Assembly: GCA_015680685.1 (NCBI GenBank) | Contig: MNCI01003127.1 | Coordinates: 38,176-102,175 of the forward strand | Direction: 5' to 3' | Origin: Gnetum montanum | Lineage: Eukaryota > Plantae > Gnetophyta | DNA: 64,000 nt | Shown: one piece after another, positions 50,600-64,000 of the stretch | How positions within the stretch are numbered: the stretch's first letter is position 1 | How the letters are laid out: each line of letters opens with the position of its first letter | Notes under the pieces: generated by a model | What the model was told of the DNA's origin: nothing | The model's input: only the letters and a program-made list of their open reading frames with translations | The model's database searches: none | Translations under genes and position numbers: made by a program

Positions 50600-53500
50600 T
50601 AATCCCTTATTCCTGCTGAGTCAAAAAGAAGGAGAGGATCCCTTTTCTGGGGCTTCTCAATTCACTGACTATTCTTTCCTTGGCTTTTATGAAGAGGGTC
50701 TAAAGCAAAATTTATAGTCCATTGTAAATAATCCTGGTTTGATCAACAATGGGTTCCATGACAATGGGGACTCCAAAGTGGGATTCAAGGTAGAAACATG
50801 GACAGACATGGTGATCATGACCATGACCGAAGAAGGGGTAGTAAGCACTATGCTAGTGTTGGCTCTCCTTCCTCTTCTTGAAGTTTGACATCCTCTTCTT
50901 CCTCCTCTAACTGTAATTGAAGTCATAGAGGATGTGAGCATGATGGAGGTGACCAATGGGACATAGATGATCAAGGCACGTTGAACTAGTAGAGACCAAG
51001 GGCATGGGAAATTAGGAGGTCTGGTTCTATGGTAATGAGGAGTAGCCACTACTTGATGAAGTGGTACAATGAAAGACCTTGTTGATTCAAAAGCCTATTT
51101 TCAAAATATTGACTAAGATACACAAAATGTGGGACTCTTTAGATGAGAAGTTCCAAACTACTCTAAAAATAGCAAAGGAATCCAAGGAGTAAAGTAGTGA
51201 TCATGATCGTAAGAGAAGGAAGGAAGCTGAACATGCCCACCAAAGGGATAAGGAAAAGGCTATTGCTATAGAGGAGGTTGTGGACTCTGAACCAGATGAT
51301 GGTGGTGGATGTGACATCTGCCACTATGAACATCCTAAGGGATGTTGTCCCATTATGTCACACTTGTAGGATTCTAGAGTGTATGCTTTAAATCCTAAAT
51401 TGGCAAAAAGGCAAACACGCAAAAGTTTGCCTTATCCTTAAGGAAACCTTATGTAGTTTCACCAACAACAAGCCTACTATCTGAGTGGAGCTTCACCACA
51501 ATCTTATATGATCAGTATCATCAATGGTAGCACCCATAGTCATGGGGAATGCCACCACCAATGCATTAGTACCCTTACCAGCAACTTGATCCATATGAAT
51601 ACTATGTTTAGCAACTCATTTCTCCACATGAATCTTCTAGTCACACCTCATTCCAACATCACTACTACCCTTCTAAATACTACGAAGCCCAATCTCCATG
51701 AGCGAAATCCCCATTTCCTCATTACCCTCCTCATCCTTTTACACATGTTCCTCTACCATCAACTGAACTACCACTTGCTCCATCAATGCAAGGTGAAATT
51801 CTAGCCCAACCACAGCAACGTAATGCTCCCAAGGCTGTTAACTTATAGCCAGCTCCTCAACCAAGTGGTTCAAAAAATAAACCCTAGAAGAGATCCTTCT
51901 TCCTAATCAAGAGTCATACAAAGCCCTTATAGACACATGTGGCTAATAGCCCTACTTCTCTCTCATCCTCTACACAATCTTTTGAGTCCCCTTCAAACCA
52001 AATGCCTTCAAAGATCCACATTATAATGTTAACCCATGTGATCATAGATTGGATTAAGGTTGGCCACCTTCTCAGCAAAAGATCTGATCCTAGCAGTCTC
52101 CTAATTTACCTAAAAATTTTTGAAAATGAGCCTTACAAGGCTCTTCTAAATTCAAGTTTTGGTGTGAATTTGATCTCCAAATGTACAAAGCCTAAACCTT
52201 GCCTCCTCTCAAGAAGAGCAACATTCATCTTGAGTTGGCATATCAGTCTATCACTATTCCCTTGGGATTGGTGGAGAACATTGTGACCATTGTCTATGGG
52301 TGGTCCTATCCTACCAACTTCTTGGTGATCTAGGTTAATAACTATAAGGGGAACATTCCAATCATCATGGGAAGGACTCGGCTAAACATTAAATATCTCT
52401 CCTTTGAAATTTCCAAGGAAAAATATTTTGGAAAGATAGAAAGAAACTGAGTTCCATGCATCACGTATAGTGATATAGGCTACAACTGTGTGCAAAATTT
52501 ATGGTCCATAAAAATTACATTTATCACAGCATGTAGATAGTGTGCAGATGTGACAAAAAGTCAAAGGTGCCTATACATAGAAGCCACAAAGTAGGAGAAC
52601 ACCTAGTGGCTAATAGCTAATCCTAAAAGCAATTCAACAACATGCATGGAACCAACTAAGAGCTTGATGAGTGCCTATATTAAAGGCATGAATGAACTGG
52701 AGCAAGTTCCTCATCAACTCTCTAATGATGAACCTAATGACATCAATTGGGAAGAGTTGGAAATCCCTGAGAGCTTTAGGAAGCAATCCCTAGAGTTGAA
52801 AACTTTTTCGACCAAAATAGAATATGATTTCCTAACAAATGGTAAGCTAGTCATAATTAATTTCAATCTTGCTCCTAAATAAAAAGAGAAGTTGTTGAAG
52901 GTGGTCAACAAACGGCCAACAGCCTTCGCCTAGTCATATCATGAACTAACTAGAATTGATCCATGAATATGCTAGCATCACATCTATACAAATGCCTTCA
53001 TAAAGCCAAAGAGGTAGCCATAGCATTAGTTGAACCCCAAACTAAAGAAAATCATCAAAGAGGAGATTGAACAACTCCTCAAGGCAGTGTTCATCTATCC
53101 CATTAAGGATAGCGAGTGGGTTAGCACACTTGTGATAGTTCCAAAGAAAGGAAACAAGTGGAGGGTTTGTATTGACTTTAGGCAATTAAACATGGAAACA
53201 TACAAAGATCATTTTTCGTTGCCATTTGTGGATCAAGTGTTGGATACCATCTCTAGCCATTACTATTATAGCTTTTTGGATGATTATAATGATTATAACT
53301 AAATCCAGATTGCACCCAAGCATCATGCTAAAATAACATTCACAAGTCCCTGGGGGACTTTTGCATATAGAAATATGTCATTTAGTCTATGTAATGCCCT
53401 TGCAACCTTCCAACGCATTATCCTGAGTATCTTTCAATAATAGATTGGTAGTGGGATGGAAGTCTTCATGGATGACTTCTCCACCTATGGGGTTATATTT

Positions 53501-55600
53501 GAGCAAGCTCTAGACCATCTTGAGTAAGTGCTAAAAAGATGTATGAAAACAAACCTTTGGCTAACTGGAAAAAAAGCCATCTAATGATCCAGGAGGGCAT
53601 TGTCATAGGACAGAATATCACAAGTAGGGATTGAGGTGGACCATGAGAAAATAAGGGTCATCCAAATAATTACCTACCAACTAGAAACTTTCAAAGATAT
53701 CTAGTCATTCCTTGGTCACACTGGCTACTACCAACACTTCATAGAGAATTTCTCTCTAAGGTTGCCAAACCATTGGTGGAGCTTACAAAGAAGGATGCTT
53801 CATTTGTCTGGACCAAGGAATTTGAGAATGCATTCCAACAATTCAAGCAAAAGCTCATAGAAACTCCAATTCTATGAGCACCTAATTGGTCTAGACCATT
53901 TCATATTATGATGGATGCTTCTAATTATGCTTTGGAAGTTGTGCTGACATAGTTGGATAATCAAAAACATCCTCACTATATCCACTATGTGAGCTAAAGC
54001 ATTGTGGATGCAAAGCTGAATTACACCATAATAGAGAAATAATTTATGGTGATGGTGTATGCCTTGGAGAAATTTAGGCACTATGTGCTTAGGTACAATG
54101 TGTTCATGCACATGGACCATAATACAATCTAGTTCCTTATGAACAAACCAATAGTAAGCCCCTATGTCATACAGTGGCTAGATAGCTTATAGAAATTTGT
54201 TCTCATAATGGTAGATCGAAAAAGAATTAAGAATATGATCACTTACGACTTGTCTCAATTGAGATGGGATAACAAAGAGGAGGAAAGCCCACTTTCTGAT
54301 CAATTTGCTGATGAACTTCTCTTTGCTAGTGTTATAAATGGACAAGTTCTCAGTAAACCTAACTAATATGATGGCATTCTCACCTACCTTCTTACCCAGG
54401 AGATGCCACAAGAGCTAGATAACAGGAAGAAATAATAGTTTCTTCACCAAGCAAAATGCTTCTTGGAGATCAACGAACATCCTTACAAGGTATGTACTGA
54501 TGACCTAGTTCGTTGGTATGTTTCTAATGCTAATAAACTATGCTTTCTCCAAAATGCTCACAAGGGCCCTTGTGGGGATCACTATGTTGGAAGAGGCATA
54601 ATCATTAAGATCCTAATGGAAAGGTATCATTGGCCAATACTTTTTAGGGATGCTCACCAATTCATCCACTCTTGTGAAAGTTGCCAATGTGATGGTGGGA
54701 TGACCACTTGTATGGAGGGACCTCCAAAATGGATCTAACCACTAGAACCCTTCAACATCTAGGGCATTGACTTCATGGGCTCCATTACACCCATGTCAAA
54801 TGGAAAGATGTACATCATAGTCATTGTTGACTATTGTATAAAATGGGTAGAAGAAGCAACCGTCACCAACTAACATCTTCTATAGCTGCTCAATTTGTAT
54901 AACAAAATGTTGTAGATAGGTTTGAGGTGCCACATGCACTGATTTCTAATAATGGTACTCATTTTATAGGCACCACCTTTTGTAAACTCATGCAACGTTT
55001 GGGGGTAGAACATAAATTAACACCCTACCACCCTCAAGCCAACAATCAAGCTAAAGTTACGAATAGGGAGATCACTAAGATCTTAATAAGAATAGCTAGA
55101 AAATATAGGAGAGACTAGAGCACTAAACTTAACAATGCCCTTTGGGCCTACCACTCAACTTGGAAACTCCCTATAGGCTATTCTTCCTATGAGCTGATGT
55201 ATAGAAAACTACCAACTCTTCCTATTTAGTTTGAGCTATGTATACTTTCAACAGCTTATGACCTTGACTTTGATCTTAGTCTAGCATAGAAAGAAAGACT
55301 TTAATGTGCTAGATGAGAATCAATCAATGGCCTTGTCCTTGAATGAGGTGCACAAGGTATTCAACAAGAAATGTCCTTACCTCAAAATAAGGAAGGTAAA
55401 ATTTTAACTAGGAGACAAGGTCATTTACTGGAACCCCACACATGTGCCAAAAAAAACTAAGTTCCAAACATTGTGGAAAGGGTATTACATCATCTATGAA
55501 AGCTTTTCTTCTGGGACCATGTTGATATACAAATCAGAACACCCAAATAAGAAACTACTAGTCAACATGCAATAAATTAAACCTTTCCATGAGCTTAAGA
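50600..55600 (+). pseudogene. Athila-like gag-PR-RT-RH-INT (degenerate)
   Basis: Zn knuckle CDICHYEHPKGCC; RT SEWVS...WRVCIDFR and EVFMDDFS; INT HKGPCGDH and GIDFMG; start boundary approximate. Confidence 0.88.
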
Positions 55601-55684
55601 AAGCCAGTGACCAAAACACCTTAGTAGATAGAGAAGCACACTCAATTTTTCAGATCTCCTCCTTACAACATAGTCATGGGAGAG

Positions 55685-56830
55685 TGATGAAACGCGATAT
55701 GCACAAGCCGCGATATCGCGTACATGATATCGCGGACGCTGCAATATCGCATCCCTTGCGATATCACGTATGCGATATCACATCGTCCCCTGCGATATCG
55801 CGTACACGATATCGCGATCCGCCGCCAAATCTATAAATAAGAGGTGGCACTCCCCTCATTTTCCAATCCTGGCTAGAAGTAGCGAAGCTCTGGCAGTTTG
55901 ATCACTCTAGAGTTAGATTAATTTCCCATGTGCCTGCAGTAGGAGTCCTAGAGTGAACGGCTCTTTATTCGAGCAACTTTGTACCTGAACGCAAGTTGTG
56001 TACAGCAATAAAGACGAACTTGATTGGATAAACCTTGCAGTGCATGGAAAGAATTTTATTTATTGTTATTTATTGCTTTCCTAAAATGCGGTACGAGTAC
56101 AACTTGATTACGAGCATCTAAGGATGTGTACGGCTAGTCAAGGAATCGACTGCTCGTCGCATGTGATATGAGTATGACTTGATTACGAGCATTGTGACTA
56201 CTTGGTAACCCAGTAGCGTATTCCAGGATCTATGCTTGGTAATCCCAGTGGTAGGCCTAGTGTGTACAGCTAGTCAAGGAATCGGCTGCTCATTGCACTT
56301 AGGCTAGTTAGGTTCTCTCACCCTTCTCTCCTAGAACGTGGGATAAGTACAACTTGGCTACGAGCACCCACGGGTGTGTATGGCTAGTCAAGGAATTGAC
56401 TGCTTATCACACTTAGGCTAGTTAAGTGCCTCAATACGACCACTTCAAGCACGTGCGTTACGCGTGGTGATCCCAGTAACGATTAGCGTTTGGTAGCCAC
56501 AGTTGCATCGGTTCATGGTGTGTACGGTAAGTGGGAACGAATGCTGACGCTAGTTAATTTAGACTTAGGTCCTTAGATAGAGTAGTTAGCTTTCTCAACC
56601 CTTCATCCTTTAGCATAGGAGATAAACCTGAAAAGACCAAAAAAATCATATACCTCGGACTTACTTAACCATACACCATGACAACAACAAGTAAGTCTAG
56701 GAAGACAACGAATGATTAACCCCAAGTGTTCCATGGGGCGTTTAGGCATTTAGTCTGCGGAGTTCGACCGGATCGTGCGTGCTATGCTCGTTTCGTATGG
56801 TTGAGTGTAGGGGTACCTCGCCACTCATCA
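55685..56830 (+). mobile_element. Young solo LTR related to the Athila-like LTRs
   Basis: TGATGA...TCATCA termini, TSD GAGAG, TATA CTATAAATA at ~55831, CpG-rich. Confidence 0.93.
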
Positions 56831-57119
56831 GAGAGATAGCCATCCATGCTAAATCATATAAAGTGGCTCCTTAGTTTTTCATTTTTTCTTGTTTTTCATC
56901 ATTTTTATTCTACATAATCTTTAGTGCATTTTATCTTTCTTGAATATTCTATAATTTCTTTTATATCTTACTTTATTTGGTTTGTGTTCTCTTATGTTTT
57001 TTTAATGTTTTTCTTTATTTCCAAATAGAACTAAGTGCAACTATAGTTGTTTGCTGATGGTGGTTTGTACCATAATGTTATTTAATTACTAATGTCTGGA
57101 TTTTATCTTTGAATTTTGG

Positions 57120-58150
57120 TGTTGATAACTACAACATGGTTCTTCTCATGATTATAGGCAATGAGTCCACGTCATCCACACATCCACAAAACTCTATGTT
57201 GTTCACTTGTTTTGGAAGTATGAAGTCCCTTCCTTAATGAAACTTTCAATGAACTAGTGACTTTGGTAGTTTCCAAACTTGGAAAGAGTTAAATGGATGG
57301 ACAAGGGTGTGACTTCAAGGGGATTTAACACTTTTTGGCATTAGTTATGGAATGGGATGCATCAGTATTTTCATGGATTTCTCACCATGCTACTATCAAA
57401 TCAACCAATAACAAAAAGTTAAAGTCTTTATATGGTGTGATTTCCATCCAAAAATCATTAAAATTTAAAATTTAAAAAAAAATGGGAATTCAAAGCACAC
57501 CCATTAGACAAAATAATGGGCTACAAGCATTAGTTATGGAACTAAAAAGACATGTTACCCATGCCTGAAGGTCCCCTCTAACTAAGGCCCTTCTTACTTC
57601 CTACTTCTCTTTTCTTCTCTTTTTGGAATGGTGATCTATGGGGGTACTCTTGTACCTTGAGGGATGGATGAGTCTAAGAGTTTTAATGCAAATTCACTGG
57701 ATGTAGTTGGGGTTAATTCAGAATGTAAATGGTCATTATCATGTCACTTTAACCACAAAAAATTCACAAGGGACTTCATGTGACCACAATTCAGAACTCC
57801 ATTCCACTCTCTCTCTCATCATCCACCTATGCTTTCCATAATCCACCTCACTACCTCTTCTCATGTTTGTTTCAAATGCCTTAGTTGGATATGGCCAAAA
57901 TTCTTTAATAATCTCTTCAATGATTTGGTGTTTAACTGCCATAACCATTAATTGATCATGTAGCCGACGGACTCCTTGGTTTGAGGATATGCAAGGGCAT
58001 TGAGGGCATGAGCCTACTTTGGGGAGGATCCACTTGCATATCTCTTGGTTGGGTTGGTTAAGTTCCAAATCCCTTAGGTAGTTTTGCAATCAAACCTTTT
58101 GTGTGTTCCATTGGTGGCATCCAATTATGCACTCCTTCACAATGTTCTCC
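57120..58150 (-). pseudogene. Degenerate antisense extra ORF downstream of the Athila-like integrase
   Basis: 116-aa ORF 57739-58089 plus a coding-like minus frame at ~57120-57330; no family recognised. Confidence 0.4.
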
Positions 58151-59129
58151 AATGAAAAACTCCCTTTTTATGAATTGTCTAACCCTTTTCAAGCATTTCA
58201 TCGTGCTCATGGCTTTTCTAGCTTTCCAAGAACTTCAAGTTTGTGTTATAACTCTTTGTTTTTTCCTTATCTTTAATGTTGAAAATTTTCAAAGCCCAAA
58301 ACTTTCAAGAGCCCATAACTTTCAAAACGCTTGTCTTATTTACCTCATTTTTCAATCCTACCACTACATGAGGTAAGCTCTACATCGTGGGGACCAAAAC
58401 CTAAGGTTTTGGTGAACATTTTTTTTGAAATTTCTCTCGCTGCCACAAGGATTTATTGAATAAAATAACATTATTTCAAAAAAAAATTTCAAAATTTCTC
58501 TTGCTCCCACAAGGGTTTAATGAATAAAATAACATTAAAATCACTAATGTATGCAAGTTAAACCCTTTTAACGAAATCTGGTAGCCATAAAAATCAAATA
58601 ATATTAAAATAATCAATCTACCATGATCACAACTTAGCCAAGTGTAACTGCCCAAAGAGACAAGGAACCTAAATGTTATAAGTTACACCTCACACGCTAA
58701 TCCTTGATTCTATTGTGATCACAAATGGCACCAAAAGAAAAGCATGGACTAGAAGCAGAACTGTCCCAACCAAGGGATAAGCGGCCTAGAGCTGGAAGGG
58801 GTTAATAGCCTAAACAACCCCAAGAACAAGCAATAGAAGCCCATGCAACGGGACCTCTTTAGGACCATTTGATCTTCTTGCTTGTCTTCAAGCCGCCAGA
58901 GGGGTTTGGATGTCAATTTTTATCATGGTGTTCAATTTTGTTGTCATGAACACCAAATTTTGTAAAAGACTGTAAATCCATACACTTGGGCACTTAGCAT
59001 CTATTTGTTTGGTCTAAGTCAGTTTGTGTGTTAGTTAGTCAATAATCCCATACCTTCCCAATATTTTGTAAAGAACTTGTTTCTCCTTTTGTTCACTTGA
59101 GGACGAGTTTTCATTTAGTCGTGGGGGTA

Positions 59130-59985
59130 TAATAAATTGTATTCTTCATTGGCTACAATATCATATCTTCAATATTGGAGCCCCAATATTGTAGCAAGTG
59201 CTACATTATTGGATATCTAATATCGCGAGATGCATGCTTCCCTATAAATACACCACTTGGGTGCACAATCCAAACATTCCATTCCTTAGTTTTTAGAAAA
59301 GCTTTTGTAGTTTGTTTTCTCTAGAGTTAGAATATTTTCTAAGTGCCCATAGTAGGAGTTGGAAAGTGTACAAATCTTTATTCAAGAATTGATGTACCTG
59401 AGCATGTTAGTGTGAACAGTAATAAAAATGAGCTTTTCTGATCAAACCTTGCAACACTTGGAATAGATTAATGTTTTCCTTATGCATTTATTATTCATGC
59501 ACTTGACTTTTATGAATTTTAATTAAGTAATTAATATCGATTAAATAACAAACATAACTACAACCACTTCAAGCATACGTTACACTCGGTAATCCTAATA
59601 GTGCCTAACGCTTGGTAGCCTAGTAGCGTTGCAACGTGTTTAGGATGTGTCCAGAAAGTGGGAATGGATGTTTATGGTAGGATTAGTTAAGTGTTAGCTA
59701 GTTATTAGATGAATTAGATTAATTAAATATCAAATTTACTTTATTTTCAGCACTCAGGCAAATCTCATGAAAAAGACAAAACGATAAAAATCATGTGCCT
59801 CAGTGACACTTAACCATGCCTTTGCATTTCACAAATGAAACTAGGAAGACAATGATCACATCCTTGATATTCACTTCCTAGACCCAATGTACTTGGAGAG
59901 CTAAATTCTGCTAAAATCGACCGAATCGCTTAGTGAACATTAGTGATTCATATGGTTGGACATAGGAATTGCTCGCTACTCATCA
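59130..59985 (+). repeat. Athila-like 3' LTR
   Basis: Follows the PPT, ends CTCATCA followed by the TSD. Confidence 0.9.
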
Positions 59986-60644
59986 AAAAGCAAGGGACTT
60001 AGCAGATTACTCTTCAATCCATCCACTTTTGTGGCTATTGGAAGATTGATTCTTAACCTTTTCTTGAAGATACTCATGATAGGATCGAATAGCCTGAGTT
60101 AGCTATTCAGTCTGATCCTCGAGCTTCTAAGTTTAATGATTGTTGACTTCTTTCCAGCAAGGATGTCACCTTAACCCTTTTCCCAATCCTTTTCATGTTG
60201 GAATTCAAGTATTAACAATTCCAACCTTTTACATAATCTCACCTCAATGGCTTCCTATTCTAGCCAGTTCAAGGAAGCAATAAGGAAACTAAGGCTATGA
60301 CAAGATAGAAAGGTAGAAGATGGGGAAGATGGGGAAGATGGAACTAAGAAGAAGAAGCTTTTTTCTCCTTAATTACTAATGATTTCTTTTATACCTAAGA
60401 TGGCCTTTTATATAGGGCTTTCTCCTTATCCTATTTCCTCTACATGCCCTCCCACTTAGTTCCATTGCCAAGTATGGTGGAGCAAAGATCCTCCATATTT
60501 TCTTCATGATCTGAATCTCCTTGCTTTTCAATATAACATTACATTTATTTGCATTAAATTTTTTTTTTAAATGCCCTTCTTTTCTTTTCCTCCTACAAGA
60601 TGGCTCTGAACATTTTTTGTCCAATTATTCGTTAAACATCAACA

Positions 60645-63600
60645 TCATCTAGAAATACTAGGTTATAGTATGATACTAGCTGTAGACATCATGTTCAAGA
60701 AACACGATACATCGGCCCATTCTATAGACTCGACAGAATGATGGATACATGCAAATTTCATAATCTAGACTAACACTTGGTTCATGCCAGGATGTTAGTG
60801 TCCCTCTTGCCTGTAATTCAGGGTCTATGAAAGATACTATGTAATTATATTTAGTTTCTTAATGCAAAGCCCTGGCAAAGATCCAATTTCACTGCAGATG
60901 GTTGTCGTGCTAGCATACAACCTTGTATTGCTACAGGAAGAGGTCTCATAGGACATGATGAACAGTATTAAAGGGTTTCTTGTATGTACAGCCATGAACA
61001 TTACAGAGATTATAGCTGCATGCTCACCCACCCAATCGTTGGTGGCAAACACTTTTTTGCCTGTATTTGGTCTCTGAGCTCAAACCCAAATATCATAGTG
61101 ATAGTTTGTATTGCATCGTTAGATAAGCATCAAATCTGTCTATGCTCTTAATGTCTACAGAAAAATGTATGGTTCAATGCAAATGCAAAGCAAAAGACTC
61201 ACCACTCCCTATCTCAAAACTAGAAAAGAAGCTTCCTATTAGTATGCCAACATGGAAATGGAATACCATGCATTCAAGAGAATACCCACTTCCCTGCAAA
61301 AAAAGACAGAAAAAAACACAGAAATAAAATCTCTTCTACTAGAACAATATGTGGGCATTTTCCACTTTACAAATGACAATCCTAGTTTCGTAGAAAAACC
61401 CTCTTTTAAACAAAAGAAAATGTTTGGTCTGCCCCAGAAACCAACCAAGCAAAAATGCAGAAAACACGGCCATCTTGGAAGAATCTTCCCAAACAATAAT
61501 TAACGAGGCATGCTCCCTCAAAATCCTGGCTAAGGAATACGAAAGACAAATATGAGGAAGAAGAAAAAGTTCAAAGCAAGGATTTCAGCAAGCAGAAGCA
61601 GCGCAGATCCGATGGTACAAGGTTATTTAATAGATGTGAGAGAAGTGAAAACAAGTGCGGACGATCAAATATTACAAGGATGCACAATAAAACAATATTT
61701 CAGAACAGGCCAAAACCGAATACCTGCACAATGATGACGCACAGTTTTAAAAATTTTGTAGACATGGGCAAAAGACCGAGGAAGAAGAGGAGGAAAGATA
61801 CCAGTGCTTTTGAGGCATTCCAAATGTCAAAGAAGAGTGGGAGACGAAGTCTCAGAGGAAGAATTCAAATGCTCTTCAGTGATGGACGTTGTTCGATCAG
61901 GCTAGGTGAGTACAGCAGCAGCTGAATCCTTTGTGTTTTCTCTTTTATTTTTTATTTTTTTAACTTAGTGTCAGTCATCTATGGGACATCTATGGGAGCA
62001 CTCTTACTTGGCCTTAGTTAACTATGTGTTACTTGGCCTTAGTTAACTATGTGTTACTCTTAGTTATGCTTATTAGAATAAGGCCCCATTCATGGGTGAT
62101 GTTGGTGTTCATAGCAAGCTTGACATCAAATGATGTACAATGGTCCCTACCTATTTCTATACGTAGATGTACCTTTTTTTCCTTCATAACTATTGATGCG
62201 TCAAATTGGGTTATACACAGTACCTTTAGAAACCACATTTTAGGAGATAAAAGCCTAGGTCATCTCCTATGGATATGGGAACTCAGAAATAGTCAAGGGG
62301 GGCTAAAGTAGATGTAGTGTTGTGAAGTTAATGGATACAAACCATTATATTATGTAGTGTTGTAAAATTAATAGACAAACTATTATATTTTAGGATGATT
62401 TTGTGAGAGGGGAGATTACATAAAAGCATGTACTAGATTTTGAAACAAATCTTGAACTAAGCAATAAACCATAACTGATTGATAATGCAGTGTAAAGACC
62501 AAGACCAAGTATCAATTTTTTAAAAATAAAATTATTGGGATATAAAAAGTCAAGTTATCATTTCATGACTGAAATAAATCACCTAATCGTCAAAAAGGAA
62601 TCCAAGCACGCCTAAATTAACTGACACATGCTTTATTCTGTTCTGTTATTATTAGACTACTAACATTTCCAATCCTCCCTCCATACGCTTCTGTCAAAGC
62701 CAAATGAGGAGTGCTCATTGTTGGCCAACAAAGCATTGAAAACTACAGCGGGACTACACAGGGATGGATGCCAATAGCAGTGCTTTCATCCTTCCTGCCA
62801 ATGCTACACACAGCATTGCCAAAAATTTCGGTGAGACTGATTCCAAGAAATCTAGCATGCATATGCATATGCATGCAACCTACAATGTGGCTCATGTGTT
62901 GAAAGAGTCATTGAAAAGGAATAAAAATAGGAGTTGTTGCCAATTTTTAAGTTCCCAAAACAGCATATTCCCAATGTTATACAACTTGCCCAAATAATGA
63001 CCAACATCTTGCGGCTTAGAGTTAGTGTTAGAAAATGGAAATGATTATTTTTGATAGATAGGTCAGGGGCTTCATCAGGATTCTAATATGAAAACATGCT
63101 AAACCTAAAAGATAACATTGTAATATCCCTTTCATTTTCACATACACATATATAGGATAAATTTACATAAATTACTTGTGAGAAAGAAAGGACCTTATAA
63201 CTAGCTAACTATACAATTTGGGACCATGTGCACGACCATGTGCACGTGCACAAAGTGGTCTTATAAACATCATGACATGAATTTATTCCATCAATGGTGG
63301 AAGCTAATTATTACCATCTCCTTGTTTTCCAAGCATGAGAGAAATGTTGCTAAGGTCTAATTAGTCATGGTTGATCACCCATCCTATCACTATTCTAAAT
63401 AAAACTCCTATCTCAATTAATTGGGTTGGCTTGATGATACCTTGTCTACCACTTATTAAAATCTATTTAGCATTGACTTACATCGCTATATCTTATCTAT
63501 TTGGCATAGCTATCGATCTTTTCATTTAATATTAATGAAGATCAATGAAGGCTTGGAAAAAGCATTTAAACATAGCTGCATTTGTAACGAACCACTTTTC

Positions 63601-64000
63601 CTTGAGTTTTTGTGTTAACAATTGTAATAGTCATCCTGTGTGTTTGTGTGCATGTTTTGTTGACAACTTGTATGTGTGCTCTATTTGGACTATGGTGTAA
63701 ATGGCTAATTGGAAAAGTAATAAGTTTGTTGACTAGATTTTTATATGTATTATGATTCAATGTCTAAATACTTTATGCATAAGAAATATGATTTAAAATA
63801 CATGCTGGGAATGTTTTAAAATAATAATAAATAATATATGGGAAAACAAAATATTTTCTGTTCTATTTCAATAGAGATGCTAAGAAACAAAAGAAAAAAC
63901 AAGTATATTGGGAAAATTCACATCGCTGATGACCTGAAAAAGAAGGTGCCTTATTTGATTATGTATCTTGAACTGCCCTTATCATGAATCTATTTGAAAA
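60645..64000. other. Non-TE flank, possibly promoter/5'UTR/intron of a host gene
   Basis: No TE motifs seen; minus-strand CT-rich stretch ending GCAG|GTATT near 61722 followed by T-rich sequence; no recognisable CDS. Confidence 0.3.

Larger units (their letters stand above)
49204..59985 (+). mobile_element. Full-length degenerate Athila-like element inserted in the E0 LTR
   Basis: 856-bp LTRs, TSD AAAAG, degenerate tRNA-Asp-type PBS at ~50061-50078, Athila-like TTGAGGAC...GTGGGGG PPT at ~59097-59129. Confidence 0.9.
45509..60644 (-). mobile_element. E0: host Tat element (5' part) with gag-PR-aRH-(RT) order
   Basis: Split 5' LTR 48934-49203 + 59991-60644 (TIR TGTTGATGT...ACATCAACA, TATA ~60405-60416); degenerate tRNA-Asn PBS 48908-48925. 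Confidence 0.85.

Noticed and set aside
62675-62700. miR156-like sequence (minus strand TGACAGAAG...)
   Set aside because: Only about 9 nt match and no complementary hairpin arm was seen
60837-63760. Short ORFs in the right flank as protein-coding genes
   Set aside because: Short, overlapping on both strands, with no recognisable motifs

Overview
Plant nuclear DNA (repeat content looks gymnosperm-like; inference). Positions 1-60644 are one five-family nest of Ty3/gypsy LTR retrotransposons that can be resolved with target-site duplications (TSDs). The host is a minus-strand Tat element (E0) with PR-aRH-RT domain order, whose 5' LTR spans 48934-60644. A full-length Athila-like element (49204-59985, TSD AAAAG) sits in that LTR and carries a young solo LTR (55685-56830, TSD GAGAG). 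A ~20 kb Ogre/Tat-like element A (7611-45508, TSD CCTTT) interrupts the E0 pol, and a related element B (23403-41127, TSD ATAGC) interrupts A's gag. A further Athila-family LTR ends at 7527 and is itself interrupted by a young gag-protease-only element E1 (to 6706) whose 3.1 kb LTRs carry a captured UTP14 fragment. Main observation: in both A and B, gag-protease and RT are separated by a 5-7 kb candidate intron that holds a conserved antisense multi-exon gene with a PMD-like domain. The cassette is flanked by repeat arrays, and a palindromic motif is shared between its promoter/intron and the LTR U3. 60645-64000 looks like non-TE, possibly genic, DNA. All coordinates and alignments were read by eye and may be off by a few bases.
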